64,000 bases of DNA from positions 14,446-78,445 of IMG/VR virus record IMGVR_UViG_3300009314_000008; one strand, given 5' to 3'. Positions within the stretch are counted from its first letter, which is position 1. Each line of letters begins with the position of its first letter. Under the pieces are notes generated by a model. The model saw nothing but the letters and a program-made list of their open reading frames with translations. It ran no database searches and had not been told where the DNA came from. Of the stretch, positions 1-11,050 are shown piece after piece. Made by a program: the position numbers and the translations under genes. The DNA is from a virus.

Positions 1-274
1 TAATATCTACCCTGTAAATTCTTACTTTATCGGGATGGCAGCACCAGATATAATCTTTTGCGAGATCGAAAGACCAACCTTTGATCTTTTCTCCAGCACC
101 AAAGTCAACTTTTTCAAAATCATTTAGATCATTTATGTTAATTTTGAAAACGCTTTGAGTCGGATATTGCTCTAAAACCCATAAATAACCTTCATTGTAA
201 AAGAAAGCATGAAGGCGATCTATCCTGTGCAATCCAGCGTAGGTGTGTTTTTGTAAAATCTCTAATTGTAACAA
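1..274 (-). CDS. Partial beta-propeller-like virion/tail protein (runs off left edge; not in ORF track)
   Basis: Hand translation from TTG at 274: MLQLEILQKHTYAGLHRIDRLHAFFYNEGYLWVLEQYPTQSVFKININDL..., open to position 1. GYLW and YIW/IYRVD blades resemble those of 5214..8609. Confidence 0.6.
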   Translation of the reverse strand, partial: MLQLEILQKHTYAGLHRIDRLHAFFYNEGYLWVLEQYPTQSVFKININDLNDFEKVDFGAGEKIKGWSFDLAKDYIWCCHPDKVRIYRVDI

Positions 275-1318
275 TTATCTTTCCTGTCCGAATAATAGTT
301 TATCGATTTTTAATGATTCTGCATTTGCTCCACCGGCTTTAACACCATACATTATTCCCATAACAACGATAGCACTTGCGGTATTTAGAGTGTGTGGAGT
401 TCCGGCAACTCCATTTACATAAGGAGTAAACTTATAATTATTTGTCGAAGTAATTTCAATTTTAATCCCAAGTTTATACCAAGTATTGCTAACAAAAGGG
501 TCAACGACATTACTGATTTCTTGATTTGTCACCGTCAATCCAATACAAGTTCCGAATTTAATTTTCATATCACCATCTGTTTTGAAAAATATCATTCTGG
601 AGAATGATCCAGTAGTTAATCCACCTCCATCATTTTGTAGGTTATCAGCAGCAATATTACTTGTTAATCCAACAATCCAATTAGCAGCATCTATATTTGT
701 TTCTTCAAGCCTTTTTCGGAATTCAATGAAAATAGGTTTATTCTCCTTCAATTTAGCAAATTTCGCTTTTGACACCATGTAATGATAATCATTATCCTCT
801 GCGTCTGTTTTTATAAATGCAACACCATTTTCATCATTTGTAGCTTCCGAAAGTGTATTAGTGCCGGTTGCACCATCGTCGAGAGAATCCCATTTTTGTG
901 TATCGAGAAATGTAAACTCATCTTCAACAACAACTCCATTGACAAATACTTCTATCGGACAATCTTTCCAGACTCCTGCTCCTGCTGCCTGTTTGTAAAC
1001 ATAAGTTCCTGCTATCGCATACCATTGCCCCGAACTTCCATCTACAACATACGGAGGATCTTCCGTGATGGAAATATTTTTCCAGAGATAAAGAGTATTT
1101 CTTTTTGAATCGGAAGAATCTTCGATAATAACAAACGTTGTTCCGCTTGAAACACCGGCAATGGCATTTAATTGTGTAGACGGGTCTTCGATATTATCCG
1201 AAAGTGTTTGAATATACATTGATTCCAGAATATCTCGCACATCTTGGCAGGTTGCATCTTCCCCTGCGTCAGGAAAAAGTAATTTTAACGCAGCAAGCGT
1301 TCTTTTTGTATCAGCCAT
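275..1318 (-). CDS. Virion/tail-associated protein with C-terminal concanavalin A-like (LamG-like) beta-sandwich
   Basis: Beta-rich C-terminus (WYKLGIKI...YVNGV...LKIDKL); located in tail-fibre cluster. Confidence 0.45.
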   Translation of the reverse strand: MADTKRTLAALKLLFPDAGEDATCQDVRDILESMYIQTLSDNIEDPSTQLNAIAGVSSGTTFVIIEDSSDSKRNTLYLWKNISITEDPPYVVDGSSGQWYAIAGTYVYKQAAGAGVWKDCPIEVFVNGVVVEDEFTFLDTQKWDSLDDGATGTNTLSEATNDENGVAFIKTDAEDNDYHYMVSKAKFAKLKENKPIFIEFRKRLEETNIDAANWIVGLTSNIAADNLQNDGGGLTTGSFSRMIFFKTDGDMKIKFGTCIGLTVTNQEISNVVDPFVSNTWYKLGIKIEITSTNNYKFTPYVNGVAGTPHTLNTASAIVVMGIMYGVKAGGANAESLKIDKLLFGQER

Positions 1319-1323
1319 GATTA

Positions 1324-1929
1324 TTATTCTCCTTTGTAAAATTGATCGCTGAATTGATCGCTAAAACCACCATACTTAATTAATCTATCAAAATATGATG
1401 CTTTACAATACACCTTATTAGCAACACAAACAACAATATTTTTCATTCTAATCCCAAATGCTGACATTATAGCACTTTTTAGAGCCAATGCCGAAACGTG
1501 TAGCATGTCAGATGAAGTGGCAAACTGATCGCTATTAAATTGACTACTGAATCCGGCACTTTTATATTCAAACTGTCCGCAAACTTCATCATTTTCAGTC
1601 GTTCCAAAACTGTAATAGGCCCCTGTAGAAACTAATCCGAGAACAAAGTTTGAATTTTCTCGATCATCTGCGATCATACCCGCATTAATTGTGATTACTA
1701 TCCAATCACATTTATCACCAAAACATTTAGCGCTGGCATAATAAACTCCAATTCCTTTTGACCTAACATCCTCTACTCTTCTTAGGTTACCCCCGTGTCC
1801 AACAATATCAAATTTAGATAATGATCCACCTTCTTCAATATTAACTATCTCTTTATTTCGTTTTTTAAGATAATCTTTAAGAAATATATCCAGAAATTCG
1901 TCTTTATTCACTTTCTTCTGCATCCACAA
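1324..1929 (-). CDS. Hypothetical tail-associated protein
   Basis: Translationally coupled ORF in tail cluster; ends in an FSDQFSDQF aromatic repeat. Confidence 0.45.
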   Translation of the reverse strand: MWMQKKVNKDEFLDIFLKDYLKKRNKEIVNIEEGGSLSKFDIVGHGGNLRRVEDVRSKGIGVYYASAKCFGDKCDWIVITINAGMIADDRENSNFVLGLVSTGAYYSFGTTENDEVCGQFEYKSAGFSSQFNSDQFATSSDMLHVSALALKSAIMSAFGIRMKNIVVCVANKVYCKASYFDRLIKYGGFSDQFSDQFYKGE

Positions 1930-4786
1930 AGGTTTTGCTAACTTTCATTGTCCTTCCAACAAGGTCAGCAAAATCCTCATCCTCTACAATGGCAGCCTTA
2001 AGTTCTGCCAAGGTTGGATTGTCCGGAGCATGTATGGTATAATTCTTTGTATCAGACCAATTTGTATTCTTAGTCGTATTGCCAAATCGCCCTCTATAAA
2101 CAAGTTTTGTTATACCATCGCTATCATATTTACTATCTCCCACAGGTAGATTTATGCCCCTAAGGGTATTCTGTGTTGACATGAGAGTTTGAATATCTTC
2201 TTGAGGGTTGTCCCAGTCAACGGGATCATCCAATATCGTATCTGGGCGAAACCACATATACTCTATTTGGTAATTACCAACAACAGATATTGCATTGAAA
2301 GTTATTGTGAATTCATTATTATTATTAATAAGCGTTGGCCCCGAGATTAAACACTCGTCAGGAACATCCCCAAATATGTCGGTAACCATATCTTGTGTCT
2401 GCTGTATTTCGCTGGCGACAATCCTTTCAACTTCACTTATGCCCGCCTTACCATTTACGTCATTTCTTATCTGAGTAATATCATCTTCTGTTTGTCTTTT
2501 AATCTTCGCATCTTCAATACCTTTTCTCATTCTTCTTAAGGTCGCTCTCTCATCGACCCAATCAGAAAAGATTATTTCCGGATCCGGCTGCACAATAACG
2601 GCCGGTATGTTTATTACGTACGGATTACACCAGTCTCCGACTACCCCATATTCCGAGATACTGGCAATATAGATAACAAATCTCATTTCGGCACTTACTT
2701 TGTATTGGATATTTCTTTCATTTACAACCGTGTTCCATGTATAGCTTTTACCTAAAGGGTGGCCCGGATCATCAATAACTGTCTTTCTTTTATAATCAGT
2801 GTGTTTTTCATCAAGTTTCTGCAATATTTGGTCTTCCGCTATCTTATCCTCAAAATTGTATGGATCTGTTGCCCCTAATGTAATCAGAGATTCTTGTGTT
2901 TCGCTGAATGTTTTTACCACGGCGTAGGATTTAACTCTATATCCTATTATCTTTTCATTATCAATCAAGGCCGGTTCATCCCAGTGTATATCCATTTTCC
3001 CCGTGACAAAAGGAGTCCCCTCATTAATTTTTTCGGATTCTTCGTAAATAGAGTCTTCAAGCCCCTCTATTACTTCACTCTCGGTTGCCACTTGATCATC
3101 GAATATATCTTTATAATCATTAGCATCATCTATAAAATCACTTTCTTCCCCCAATATATAAGATAACAAGTTGTCTGCCTCGCTCGAACTAATTGCTCCC
3201 GAGGTTTCAGCGTCGTCTATCCTAGATGTTAGATCATTATATTTTTTTACATTAACATCATCTATGTTACATCCTAAACTGTCCGTCGCCTTAAATTTCA
3301 GGTTACCTGTTCCCACTGTAGTTATATCCTGCTCATAAGTTCCATTAGCCGTTATTACAGAACCTTCGGTGCCACCTATTTCTGGAGTCAGCGTTCCCCC
3401 AGTATATCCGCTGACGTTAAAGGTTAACCTATATTTAGTTGATGATGCTACCAATATGTCTTGTTCAAGATCTCCATCTCCACCGGAATGTGAGGCATTG
3501 CCCCCAGAGATTGTCCACCCTGTGCCTTTTGTCCAATTAACATCAGCAGAAAAATCACCATTTGTAACCTTCTCTGACCATAGTTGTAATTTATTTACTT
3601 TATTAATAATTTCTTGAATTGTGCTTGATTTTCCCTGGTATCTCGATCTATTAGATATAGATATTTCTCTTAATTTGATATCTTCATAAACCTTATCGGC
3701 GATATCATAATCGTCCGGAGTTATCTCAACCGTTATAGTATTCGTGTTTATGGCATTAGGCATTGATGGTATTTTTTCTGCCAACACCATTTTATCCCCT
3801 TCTCCATCATCCAGATTGATCACAAGATTATTCGATAGAGTATAAAGTCTTCTTGCTTGATTTGCCGTAAGGCGATCTGTATGATAAAATAAATAGTTGA
3901 CTCCCAGTTCGTCAATATTTACTATCCCCCTATGAAGTTGTATTAATTGAGATATTTCTCCTGTATTGATTGTTGCTTTATTGTAATGTCTGATATCAAT
4001 AATCGGAGACCAAACTACCGTGCTGGCAACATTCTCAAAATGGTGATGATCGGGAACGGTGTTATAACCTCCACGGGATACGATAGTATAGACACCTCCG
4101 CTTTCGCTGACCTCAATATATTCATTTCCTACTAGCAAATACGGAGTATTAGAATCGTAGTTTGCCAATGCCCCAGATAATGATAAATCTCCGCTATCGT
4201 CATCTACTGTTGTTTCGCCACTTGTAATAGTACTTGAATTAGATGCTATTTCTCCACTACTGTTGACATAAATATATGCGATTGCTACTTTACTAGTATC
4301 TCTTGCTGCATCCACTGTTCCAACGGTTAGTTGAGCAGAATCATTTAATAGGGGATAAATCGTATCCGGGGTCATTGTCCCGCCGGGGAATGCATTCTCA
4401 TATCCGGTGAGAGATTTTTCCTCATCATATTCAACGTAAAGATAATAATGTCCCTCTACATCTGGAATTGAGACATTTGTTAATGCAGACAAATATATTA
4501 TTTCACCGTCTGATCCCATGGCATAGCCCGGTTGTACTCGAACTGTCGTTGTGTTTAGTTTGGTAACAGTAAAATAATCATTATCTGTTAATCGCCCGTC
4601 GCTTTTTATCCCAGCGATTACACCAAATGACAACACCCCTCCAGATGTAAACATGGAGTCATATCTTTGCTGAATATTCTTCACCATCTGTAATTGCAGA
4701 TACTCCAATACGCGTCTTCTCTGCATTATTAGATTAGCAAAATCAGTAAAAATATTCACACCGCGCTCCCTGCCCCTATTTTCCAA
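1904..4786 (-). CDS. Large tail/baseplate protein with internal carbohydrate-binding-like module and FnIII-like segments (start probably GTG 4759)
   Basis: N-terminal VRVQPGYAMGSDGEII fibre-base motif; VTNGDFS..WT..GW...IDDVNVK CBM-like insert; W.EP...GYRV...G.WC FnIII pattern. Confidence 0.55.
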   Translation of the reverse strand: MENRGRERGVNIFTDFANLIMQRRRVLEYLQLQMVKNIQQRYDSMFTSGGVLSFGVIAGIKSDGRLTDNDYFTVTKLNTTTVRVQPGYAMGSDGEIIYLSALTNVSIPDVEGHYYLYVEYDEEKSLTGYENAFPGGTMTPDTIYPLLNDSAQLTVGTVDAARDTSKVAIAYIYVNSSGEIASNSSTITSGETTVDDDSGDLSLSGALANYDSNTPYLLVGNEYIEVSESGGVYTIVSRGGYNTVPDHHHFENVASTVVWSPIIDIRHYNKATINTGEISQLIQLHRGIVNIDELGVNYLFYHTDRLTANQARRLYTLSNNLVINLDDGEGDKMVLAEKIPSMPNAINTNTITVEITPDDYDIADKVYEDIKLREISISNRSRYQGKSSTIQEIINKVNKLQLWSEKVTNGDFSADVNWTKGTGWTISGGNASHSGGDGDLEQDILVASSTKYRLTFNVSGYTGGTLTPEIGGTEGSVITANGTYEQDITTVGTGNLKFKATDSLGCNIDDVNVKKYNDLTSRIDDAETSGAISSSEADNLLSYILGEESDFIDDANDYKDIFDDQVATESEVIEGLEDSIYEESEKINEGTPFVTGKMDIHWDEPALIDNEKIIGYRVKSYAVVKTFSETQESLITLGATDPYNFEDKIAEDQILQKLDEKHTDYKRKTVIDDPGHPLGKSYTWNTVVNERNIQYKVSAEMRFVIYIASISEYGVVGDWCNPYVINIPAVIVQPDPEIIFSDWVDERATLRRMRKGIEDAKIKRQTEDDITQIRNDVNGKAGISEVERIVASEIQQTQDMVTDIFGDVPDECLISGPTLINNNNEFTITFNAISVVGNYQIEYMWFRPDTILDDPVDWDNPQEDIQTLMSTQNTLRGINLPVGDSKYDSDGITKLVYRGRFGNTTKNTNWSDTKNYTIHAPDNPTLAELKAAIVEDEDFADLVGRTMKVSKTFVDAEESE

Positions 4787-5202
4787 TTTGACCCGTCACT
4801 ATAAATATATAAAGTCTCATTATTGCTGGTGAGATCTTGTGACGCTGATCCCTCAATGGTCTCAGATCCTTCGGTGGTTATAGATGCGGTATTGCTGGCT
4901 GAAACTTTTTTAAATAAATACCTCTTGCCAGCTATCAGTAAATCTGTATCCAGGACAACAGTGATGTCTCCATCAGCGGTATTTAATTCGATAATATAAT
5001 CAGTATTCAATACAGTGTAAGGGCTATCAGCAACGGCAATTATTTTAAACGGAACCTGCAACATCAATCTCTGCAGAATAGCAAGGGTTGCATATTTTAA
5101 TTTCGATGTAGAATCTTGATAAACAGCTGTCAAATCTGTTAAAGCCGCTGATGTTACTGGATCTAACTCAGACACCTGCTTAGTCGGAATGGGTAATGTC
5201 AT
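4756..5202 (-). CDS. Small tail-fibre-associated protein
   Basis: VSELDPVTS N-terminus; YTV..TDY.I...TIEG......L....IYSDGSNW domain typical of phage tail proteins. Confidence 0.6.
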   Translation of the reverse strand: MTLPIPTKQVSELDPVTSAALTDLTAVYQDSTSKLKYATLAILQRLMLQVPFKIIAVADSPYTVLNTDYIIELNTADGDITVVLDTDLLIAGKRYLFKKVSASNTASITTEGSETIEGSASQDLTSNNETLYIYSDGSNWKIGAGSAV

Positions 5203-5213
5203 TTATCCTCCAT

Positions 5214-8200
5214 TTATATGTTCCAAAGATGTCCACCTCCTTTTGGTAACAGGACATTTAGAACCTTTGTAATATTTTCTTGGTAATTTGGAAAATTTGT
5301 CAAGATATTTTCATACCCATGTAGTATTTTAATGGGCGTGATCATATATTCTCCGGCATCGGTCACAATATAATATCCGTCTTCAGTTACAACATTCGTC
5401 TTTACTAATCCATCGATTGTTATTTTATTGTGAACCGACAAACTCTTTAACAACAGGATTTTTGCATTGTCTGCAATTTTATAATTATGTTCTAGATTTT
5501 CAGCAAGGGTAAGCGTTTGCCCTTCTATTCCTATTATTTTATGCAATTCCGCTTCTGTTGTATCTCCATAAATCAATATATAACGATATGTGTTGATTAT
5601 ATTTATTTCACTCGCCAAAACAATTTCATTCTGGTGAGCATTAGCATTTGATTGAAGTACTTTCACTACATTGTCGCCATAACCAAGATATGCAGCCTTT
5701 TTAACTATCGGCAGAGTATTAATATTGACAGATATTTCGGCGTCCATTTCACATTCTAGACCAATCAGCCCATCTAACTTTCTTGTATATAATTTGTTAT
5801 CGAGAGGATATACATATGCGTCTATTAATGATATAATCAAGTCACCATTTTCTGTGACAAGATAATTCCCTTCCCCATCAATTATATAATTAACCATATT
5901 GGATAAATCAATATCAACCTTAAGAGCGTATCTGTCCAGAATCCTGTCGTAGTTTCCCTCCAGTATTATAGCATATCCTCCATAATGACAATTTTCTGTA
6001 TCTTCATCCCAGACTATTAATATCTGTTCAAGACCTCTAAAATTATAGTCCATGTCTTCTACTTCTACCCACCAATAGCCATTTTCATCCTGATAAGCCT
6101 TTACAATTCTATGGGAGTTAGTAGATAATCTTGGTTTTATGGTAATACTCTCACCGTCCGCGAGGTTGTCAACACTGTCCAAATTTACCTTGGTATTATC
6201 TCCAGTATTGCTCTCTGTGGGACTATATATTTTATCAACTTCTTCGCTGTAAATTGCTTTAACATAACTAGGTCTTAATGCCTCCCCGTATCCCGCAACA
6301 TCATTATCTATGTAATTGTCTAACCATCCTGATATTTCGAATGCTTTTTGCAAATTTTTAAACCTTGGTATTCTGTCTCCATCCTTGACATTGTCCGGAA
6401 ATTCTATATATTTCTCCAGCGTTTCTGATTCGGTTGCAATATATGGATATCCATTATCATCATAATTTACATTGCGCTGATGAACCATTAAGACTTCACC
6501 TTCTGGAATCTCATTATCTAAAGATAGTTCTATTATTTTTTTATTCACTCTATCGAATAAAACACAATTCTTATAGATTGAACGATCTAATAAAGTATAG
6601 ACCACTATGTCATATGTTCCATCTGTTATTGTAGCATCAAGAACAGCATTATCACCATCTTTCTCTATTACTTGGTAGACATTACCATCTATGATTACAA
6701 TATCATTAACAGAGGCGTTTTCGCCAATCCCGATAATAACATTAGAAGTTACCGCCTGGCCGTTATATTTAACTTTTTTATCCGCTATATATATTCTTTC
6801 ATTATCTTTTACCGCATAAACGGGTACTGAATAATATAACCTATATCTGGGAAGGATGTCGCTAGGATAGTCTGTTTCAATTATTTTTACCATTCCGGGA
6901 TATTTCGCGAAAGGTATCCCAGCCATGGCATGAATAAAGAAATTTAGATTATCTTCTGTTGGACCGGTTCGAACTATTGTCCAAATCATCCTCAATAAAC
7001 TTATTTTTATATCATAATGATAATCTCCGAGAGAAACATCCAATAGCCCGGTCACAAAATTTTCTGCAATATCGTTCTTGATATAAATTTCCTGTGCCCA
7101 ATAATCATCTAAATCCCCATCTGCTGATAATTGAGATGCTGTTTGGATTAAGACTTTCCTATTATCTCCTAAATGGTCGTTTCTTACAACTCCGGATATA
7201 AACGGTAAATATTGATCAATTATTTCATAATTTGTTCCCTCTTCAATTAACGCCGTCGCGGTATTTATCTTATTTTGCATATTCTCAATGCCAAAAACAT
7301 CTTCATTCAGCAGATATGATGTGCAATCTCCATAAAGTAAAGACATTGTGGAATATCGTTCCAACACAGCCTCTGATCCACTTGACAACTGTCGATACAG
7401 ATAAATATATTCAGGAGCATCTGGGTCTATCATAATATTCCAACATTTGTACCCAGTGCCGACAGCAACTGTTATTATCCGGGGAATCATCTCAAATGTT
7501 TTCAGGTTAACCAGTTTGATTGTATATTGGTCTTCTCCATCTGCTACAACTCTAGGCAAGATAATCAGATTATTGTTTATAATTAGATCGCTCCCATAGG
7601 TACCTTCTCCAAGATTATGGATGTGTTCCACAGATAAATCCTGTTTTTTCCATCGGTTTATGCCCACGGGAGTGCCTGATTCATCTATAGTATAGACATA
7701 GTATTCATCCTGGACTATATTATCTCCATTTATTGAGGTGGAAGGATCTGCCGTTCTTTGATCAAGAGACAAATCGGACTTCAATATTTTATACATTTCT
7801 TTTAATGTGTTACTATAAGCGTATAAATAATCTCCATCTTCTATTATACAGCGAATATTTGTGTTGCTATCATCGAAATAGTTCGCTCCATCTATATTCT
7901 CGCTGAATATTGTGCCGTCAGATATCTTAAATTTTATTATATCCCCTGTTTCATATCCCCCAAGATATATATATTCATCATCAGCGCATCCAGAACTTGT
8001 TCCGTGGTTTGATCCAATAGCATCACTTGATGCGAATACCTCCCATGTTTCAACAACTTCCAGGGTGTCTAAATCTATCTTATATAAATGCGGTTGGAAT
8101 GGGTCAGGATTCGTCTGCGCCGGATCACAATAATCTGCTATCCACAAATAACCATCTTTAATTACAATACAATTTAAAAAACCTCCCACATGGAAATCAA

Positions 8201-8609
8201 CATCATCGTCTATACTTTTGGTAGTTACAGCCATTGTTGAAAGATCCACTCTGACTATAATTGCATTCCCTGTTTGTACACAATCAACACTATACCAATA
8301 GCCATTATTAATAATCGATGCATCTCCCCAATAGGCCGGGATAACCTCTGTAACTGCCAGAGGCTCTGTTGTATGCTCAGTTTTTATCCCATAAAGATTT
8401 GAAAACTTTTCCCAATAACGCTTTCTAAATTCCAGAGCAGAATCTGGAAACATAAGAGCCACAGCATCTTCTTTATTCTTCAATTCTCTAACTAATTCAA
8501 TCATTCCCTGCCAAATCTTTGTGATAGGTCTTTTGTTTTTTAAAAGAATATAATAATCACTAACCACCTGCCACAGGGATCTTGCTTCGTTAAGACTGTT
8601 TAATACCAT
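5214..8609 (-). CDS. Baseplate wedge-type protein with inserted beta-propeller
   Basis: DDEYIYLG/DGDYLYAY/DEYYVYT blades; GPTEDNL...AGIPFA baseplate-like segment; downstream of baseplate J. Confidence 0.55.
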   Translation of the reverse strand: MVLNSLNEARSLWQVVSDYYILLKNKRPITKIWQGMIELVRELKNKEDAVALMFPDSALEFRKRYWEKFSNLYGIKTEHTTEPLAVTEVIPAYWGDASIINNGYWYSVDCVQTGNAIIVRVDLSTMAVTTKSIDDDVDFHVGGFLNCIVIKDGYLWIADYCDPAQTNPDPFQPHLYKIDLDTLEVVETWEVFASSDAIGSNHGTSSGCADDEYIYLGGYETGDIIKFKISDGTIFSENIDGANYFDDSNTNIRCIIEDGDYLYAYSNTLKEMYKILKSDLSLDQRTADPSTSINGDNIVQDEYYVYTIDESGTPVGINRWKKQDLSVEHIHNLGEGTYGSDLIINNNLIILPRVVADGEDQYTIKLVNLKTFEMIPRIITVAVGTGYKCWNIMIDPDAPEYIYLYRQLSSGSEAVLERYSTMSLLYGDCTSYLLNEDVFGIENMQNKINTATALIEEGTNYEIIDQYLPFISGVVRNDHLGDNRKVLIQTASQLSADGDLDDYWAQEIYIKNDIAENFVTGLLDVSLGDYHYDIKISLLRMIWTIVRTGPTEDNLNFFIHAMAGIPFAKYPGMVKIIETDYPSDILPRYRLYYSVPVYAVKDNERIYIADKKVKYNGQAVTSNVIIGIGENASVNDIVIIDGNVYQVIEKDGDNAVLDATITDGTYDIVVYTLLDRSIYKNCVLFDRVNKKIIELSLDNEIPEGEVLMVHQRNVNYDDNGYPYIATESETLEKYIEFPDNVKDGDRIPRFKNLQKAFEISGWLDNYIDNDVAGYGEALRPSYVKAIYSEEVDKIYSPTESNTGDNTKVNLDSVDNLADGESITIKPRLSTNSHRIVKAYQDENGYWWVEVEDMDYNFRGLEQILIVWDEDTENCHYGGYAIILEGNYDRILDRYALKVDIDLSNMVNYIIDGEGNYLVTENGDLIISLIDAYVYPLDNKLYTRKLDGLIGLECEMDAEISVNINTLPIVKKAAYLGYGDNVVKVLQSNANAHQNEIVLASEINIINTYRYILIYGDTTEAELHKIIGIEGQTLTLAENLEHNYKIADNAKILLLKSLSVHNKITIDGLVKTNVVTEDGYYIVTDAGEYMITPIKILHGYENILTNFPNYQENITKVLNVLLPKGGGHLWNI

Positions 8610-8985
8610 TTGAGGCCTTTGCTTTTCCTTCCATAATTTCTTTTCTGCTTGTTATCCAGCGATAAATATTCTGGGCACCCATGAATACTAGGGCGGCCAC
8701 AATCAAATAATTAACATGTTCGGAAATAGTTGCTCCGTTGCCGTTATAGGCGGCAAATATCTTTGAGACTACGGTAAATTTTAGCGTCCAGGAGAACAAA
8801 TAAGCAAAACCAGCGTTCAACCATCGCTGGATTTCTTTGGGAAATCCATCTTTAAAGATTTTTCCCCATTCGTCCGGAAATGCTTTGATCATACTGGATA
8901 ATATATTTACCACAGCATATACACAGAGAGATAGAAAGAAAAACATTACTATCTCCATACTAAATTGTTTAATTATTTGCTCCAT
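8590..8985 (-). CDS. Membrane protein, putative holin
   Basis: Three hydrophobic segments, charged C-terminus, 131 aa. Confidence 0.45.
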   Translation of the reverse strand: MEQIIKQFSMEIVMFFFLSLCVYAVVNILSSMIKAFPDEWGKIFKDGFPKEIQRWLNAGFAYLFSWTLKFTVVSKIFAAYNGNGATISEHVNYLIVAALVFMGAQNIYRWITSRKEIMEGKAKASNGIKQS

Positions 8986-9094
8986 TTTCGCTCCTTTTCA
9001 TTACTATAGACGGTTTATGATGAATAGGGGCAGAACTTGGTACCCCTTTTTGCTTTTTCTTTACTGGCTCTTTCTTCTTTTCTTTTTTTGCCAT
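8969..9094 (-). CDS. Small Lys-rich protein (41 aa; not in ORF track)
   Basis: MAKKEKKKEPVKKKQKGVPSSAPIHHKPSIVMKRSENGANN fills the gap between coupled genes. Confidence 0.5.
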   Translation of the reverse strand: MAKKEKKKEPVKKKQKGVPSSAPIHHKPSIVMKRSENGANN

Positions 9095-9100
9095 TCGTGA

Positions 9101-11047
9101 TTATATTCTACCTTCTAATCTAAATATAGCCGTTTTATTAATAGTTATTACATCTCCGGGAACATTGATAATTTCTTTTGTCTTCACGCCGTTTTCCCTA
9201 TAATTATCGGTAACGACCAAATAGGATAGTTCTCTTACCCCCTGTAGATATAAATATTCTTTAATTCCTTCATATGTTAGGGATACCTCCCCATCCTTTG
9301 ATGTTAAGGTATTAACATAATCCTCAATATGGCCTTTTATGGTGGACAAAATAGTGTTATCGCCAGTTGTAGCAACAATGGACAATAGATGAATATTTTT
9401 ATGCCTGACCAAAATATCCTGCCCCTTATAATGAATATGTGGCTCATTGACCCAATTTTGCACATTTTTAACCAGGGAACTATAATAATAAGTTATTCTC
9501 ACCTCACTTGAGATTGCGGGATTAAATTTTATAATACTCTGTCCCCGTACAGATCTTTCATAATTATTGTCATTGTGTTCCCATATATAGTCAATCCCCT
9601 CCGTCAATTCAATCTCTGGACTACTATCTTTGATAATTATTTTATCAATCCATACTGGCACTCTATTGCTAAAATCTATCACGTTAATGTAGTCAGATAA
9701 ATCCGGTTCCACATCCACCGTATCGCTTTTGAGATATTCATCATCAATATAAACGTCCACACATCCACCTATATTGACCCCACTATTGTATGAACTCCGA
9801 ACATCTATATAATCCAGAGAAATTGCCGCCTCTGTTGTTAATCCCGAGGGATAGGATGTTTGTACTTTTATTTTAATAGTATTATCTGTCGCATAATACT
9901 CTGTATCAATATCGTTCGAAATAGTTAATCCCGAGACAGAAAATGTATTTTCTGCTATTTGTTCCCATACTTCTTGAGATGGATCCCATACATACATTTT
10001 TAATCCATCTCCCCCATATCCGGAACCATATCCTTTGATGTAGAGTTGGATCATGTCCGCCAAGGTGCTGATATCGAATTCAAAATAGTTGACAGCATAT
10101 TCTCCCGCCAATCTTCTTATCTGAATGTTATCATAATACCATTTATACCCAGCCGTATCAACCGTTGATATTCCGAAGGCATCCATATTAGAGGTGGCAA
10201 GATATTCTGATAAGGGAGTTCTCGCCCCACAACTTATTTTTGCCGTTGCTTCCTCAAGGGCTTCTTCTGTTTCTTCCAAATAGAAATCGATCGCATTATC
10301 TTCGCTTATTTGCATTTTGAAATAATAATCAGTATTTTTTTCAATCTTGGTTATTCCAGACACTATGTATGCTAATGTATTACCGGGGAATTCCATCACT
10401 TTATTGACATACATATCAGCATTCACCAGATCATTATCAACAATGAAGATATTGGGTTCACAAACGAGTATGGTTACTTCTCCTGATGGTGTGATATTTT
10501 CCGGAAACACACAATCTGTCAAAATATCTGTGTCTCGGGTAAACTCAAACGGAACATAATAGATTTTATTCCCAATAACATTAGATATAAATGCTACTGT
10601 GTTGGTACCCAGGTGTACTCCGTCCCCAGGATTTAGTGTTATTGTTGTTCCAGAGACTGTTCCCGTTAATTCAAGACTTTCTGCATCGTAGGATGAAGGT
10701 CTCCATACTATTCCGTATCCGCTAATGGCATCTGCCTTCCCGGAAGATGGTTTTCTCACAGTAATATAACTATATCCGCCATGGCTCCCGCTTTCAACAG
10801 GATCATAATCGGTTCTAAACTTCCCCGTTATCTCAATATTTTTCTGCAATTCTGAACTCAACTTTTTCTGACATATTGGGTTATAAGTTTCAACAGGAAT
10901 ATCATCTCCGCTGCTATATTCTTCCAAGAACTTTGAAACATCAAAACGGAGAGCGATATTGGTAGTTGGATTAACAGCAGACGGAGTATCCCCCGTTGGG
11001 GATACTGGTAAACTCTGATTTACCACATCTTCTACGAATTGTGCCAT
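9101..11047 (-). CDS. Baseplate protein (C-terminal part of baseplate J/gp6-like) with lectin-like insert
   Basis: NIGGCVDVYI motif and C-terminal wedge-like segment; follows the J-like gene after a 3-nt gap. Confidence 0.55.
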   Translation of the reverse strand: MAQFVEDVVNQSLPVSPTGDTPSAVNPTTNIALRFDVSKFLEEYSSGDDIPVETYNPICQKKLSSELQKNIEITGKFRTDYDPVESGSHGGYSYITVRKPSSGKADAISGYGIVWRPSSYDAESLELTGTVSGTTITLNPGDGVHLGTNTVAFISNVIGNKIYYVPFEFTRDTDILTDCVFPENITPSGEVTILVCEPNIFIVDNDLVNADMYVNKVMEFPGNTLAYIVSGITKIEKNTDYYFKMQISEDNAIDFYLEETEEALEEATAKISCGARTPLSEYLATSNMDAFGISTVDTAGYKWYYDNIQIRRLAGEYAVNYFEFDISTLADMIQLYIKGYGSGYGGDGLKMYVWDPSQEVWEQIAENTFSVSGLTISNDIDTEYYATDNTIKIKVQTSYPSGLTTEAAISLDYIDVRSSYNSGVNIGGCVDVYIDDEYLKSDTVDVEPDLSDYINVIDFSNRVPVWIDKIIIKDSSPEIELTEGIDYIWEHNDNNYERSVRGQSIIKFNPAISSEVRITYYYSSLVKNVQNWVNEPHIHYKGQDILVRHKNIHLLSIVATTGDNTILSTIKGHIEDYVNTLTSKDGEVSLTYEGIKEYLYLQGVRELSYLVVTDNYRENGVKTKEIINVPGDVITINKTAIFRLEGRI

Positions 11048-11050
11048 AAA

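Noticed and set aside
275-8609. Diversity-generating retroelement targeting tail lectin domains
   Set aside because: No reverse transcriptase and no adenine-variant TR/VR pair noticed
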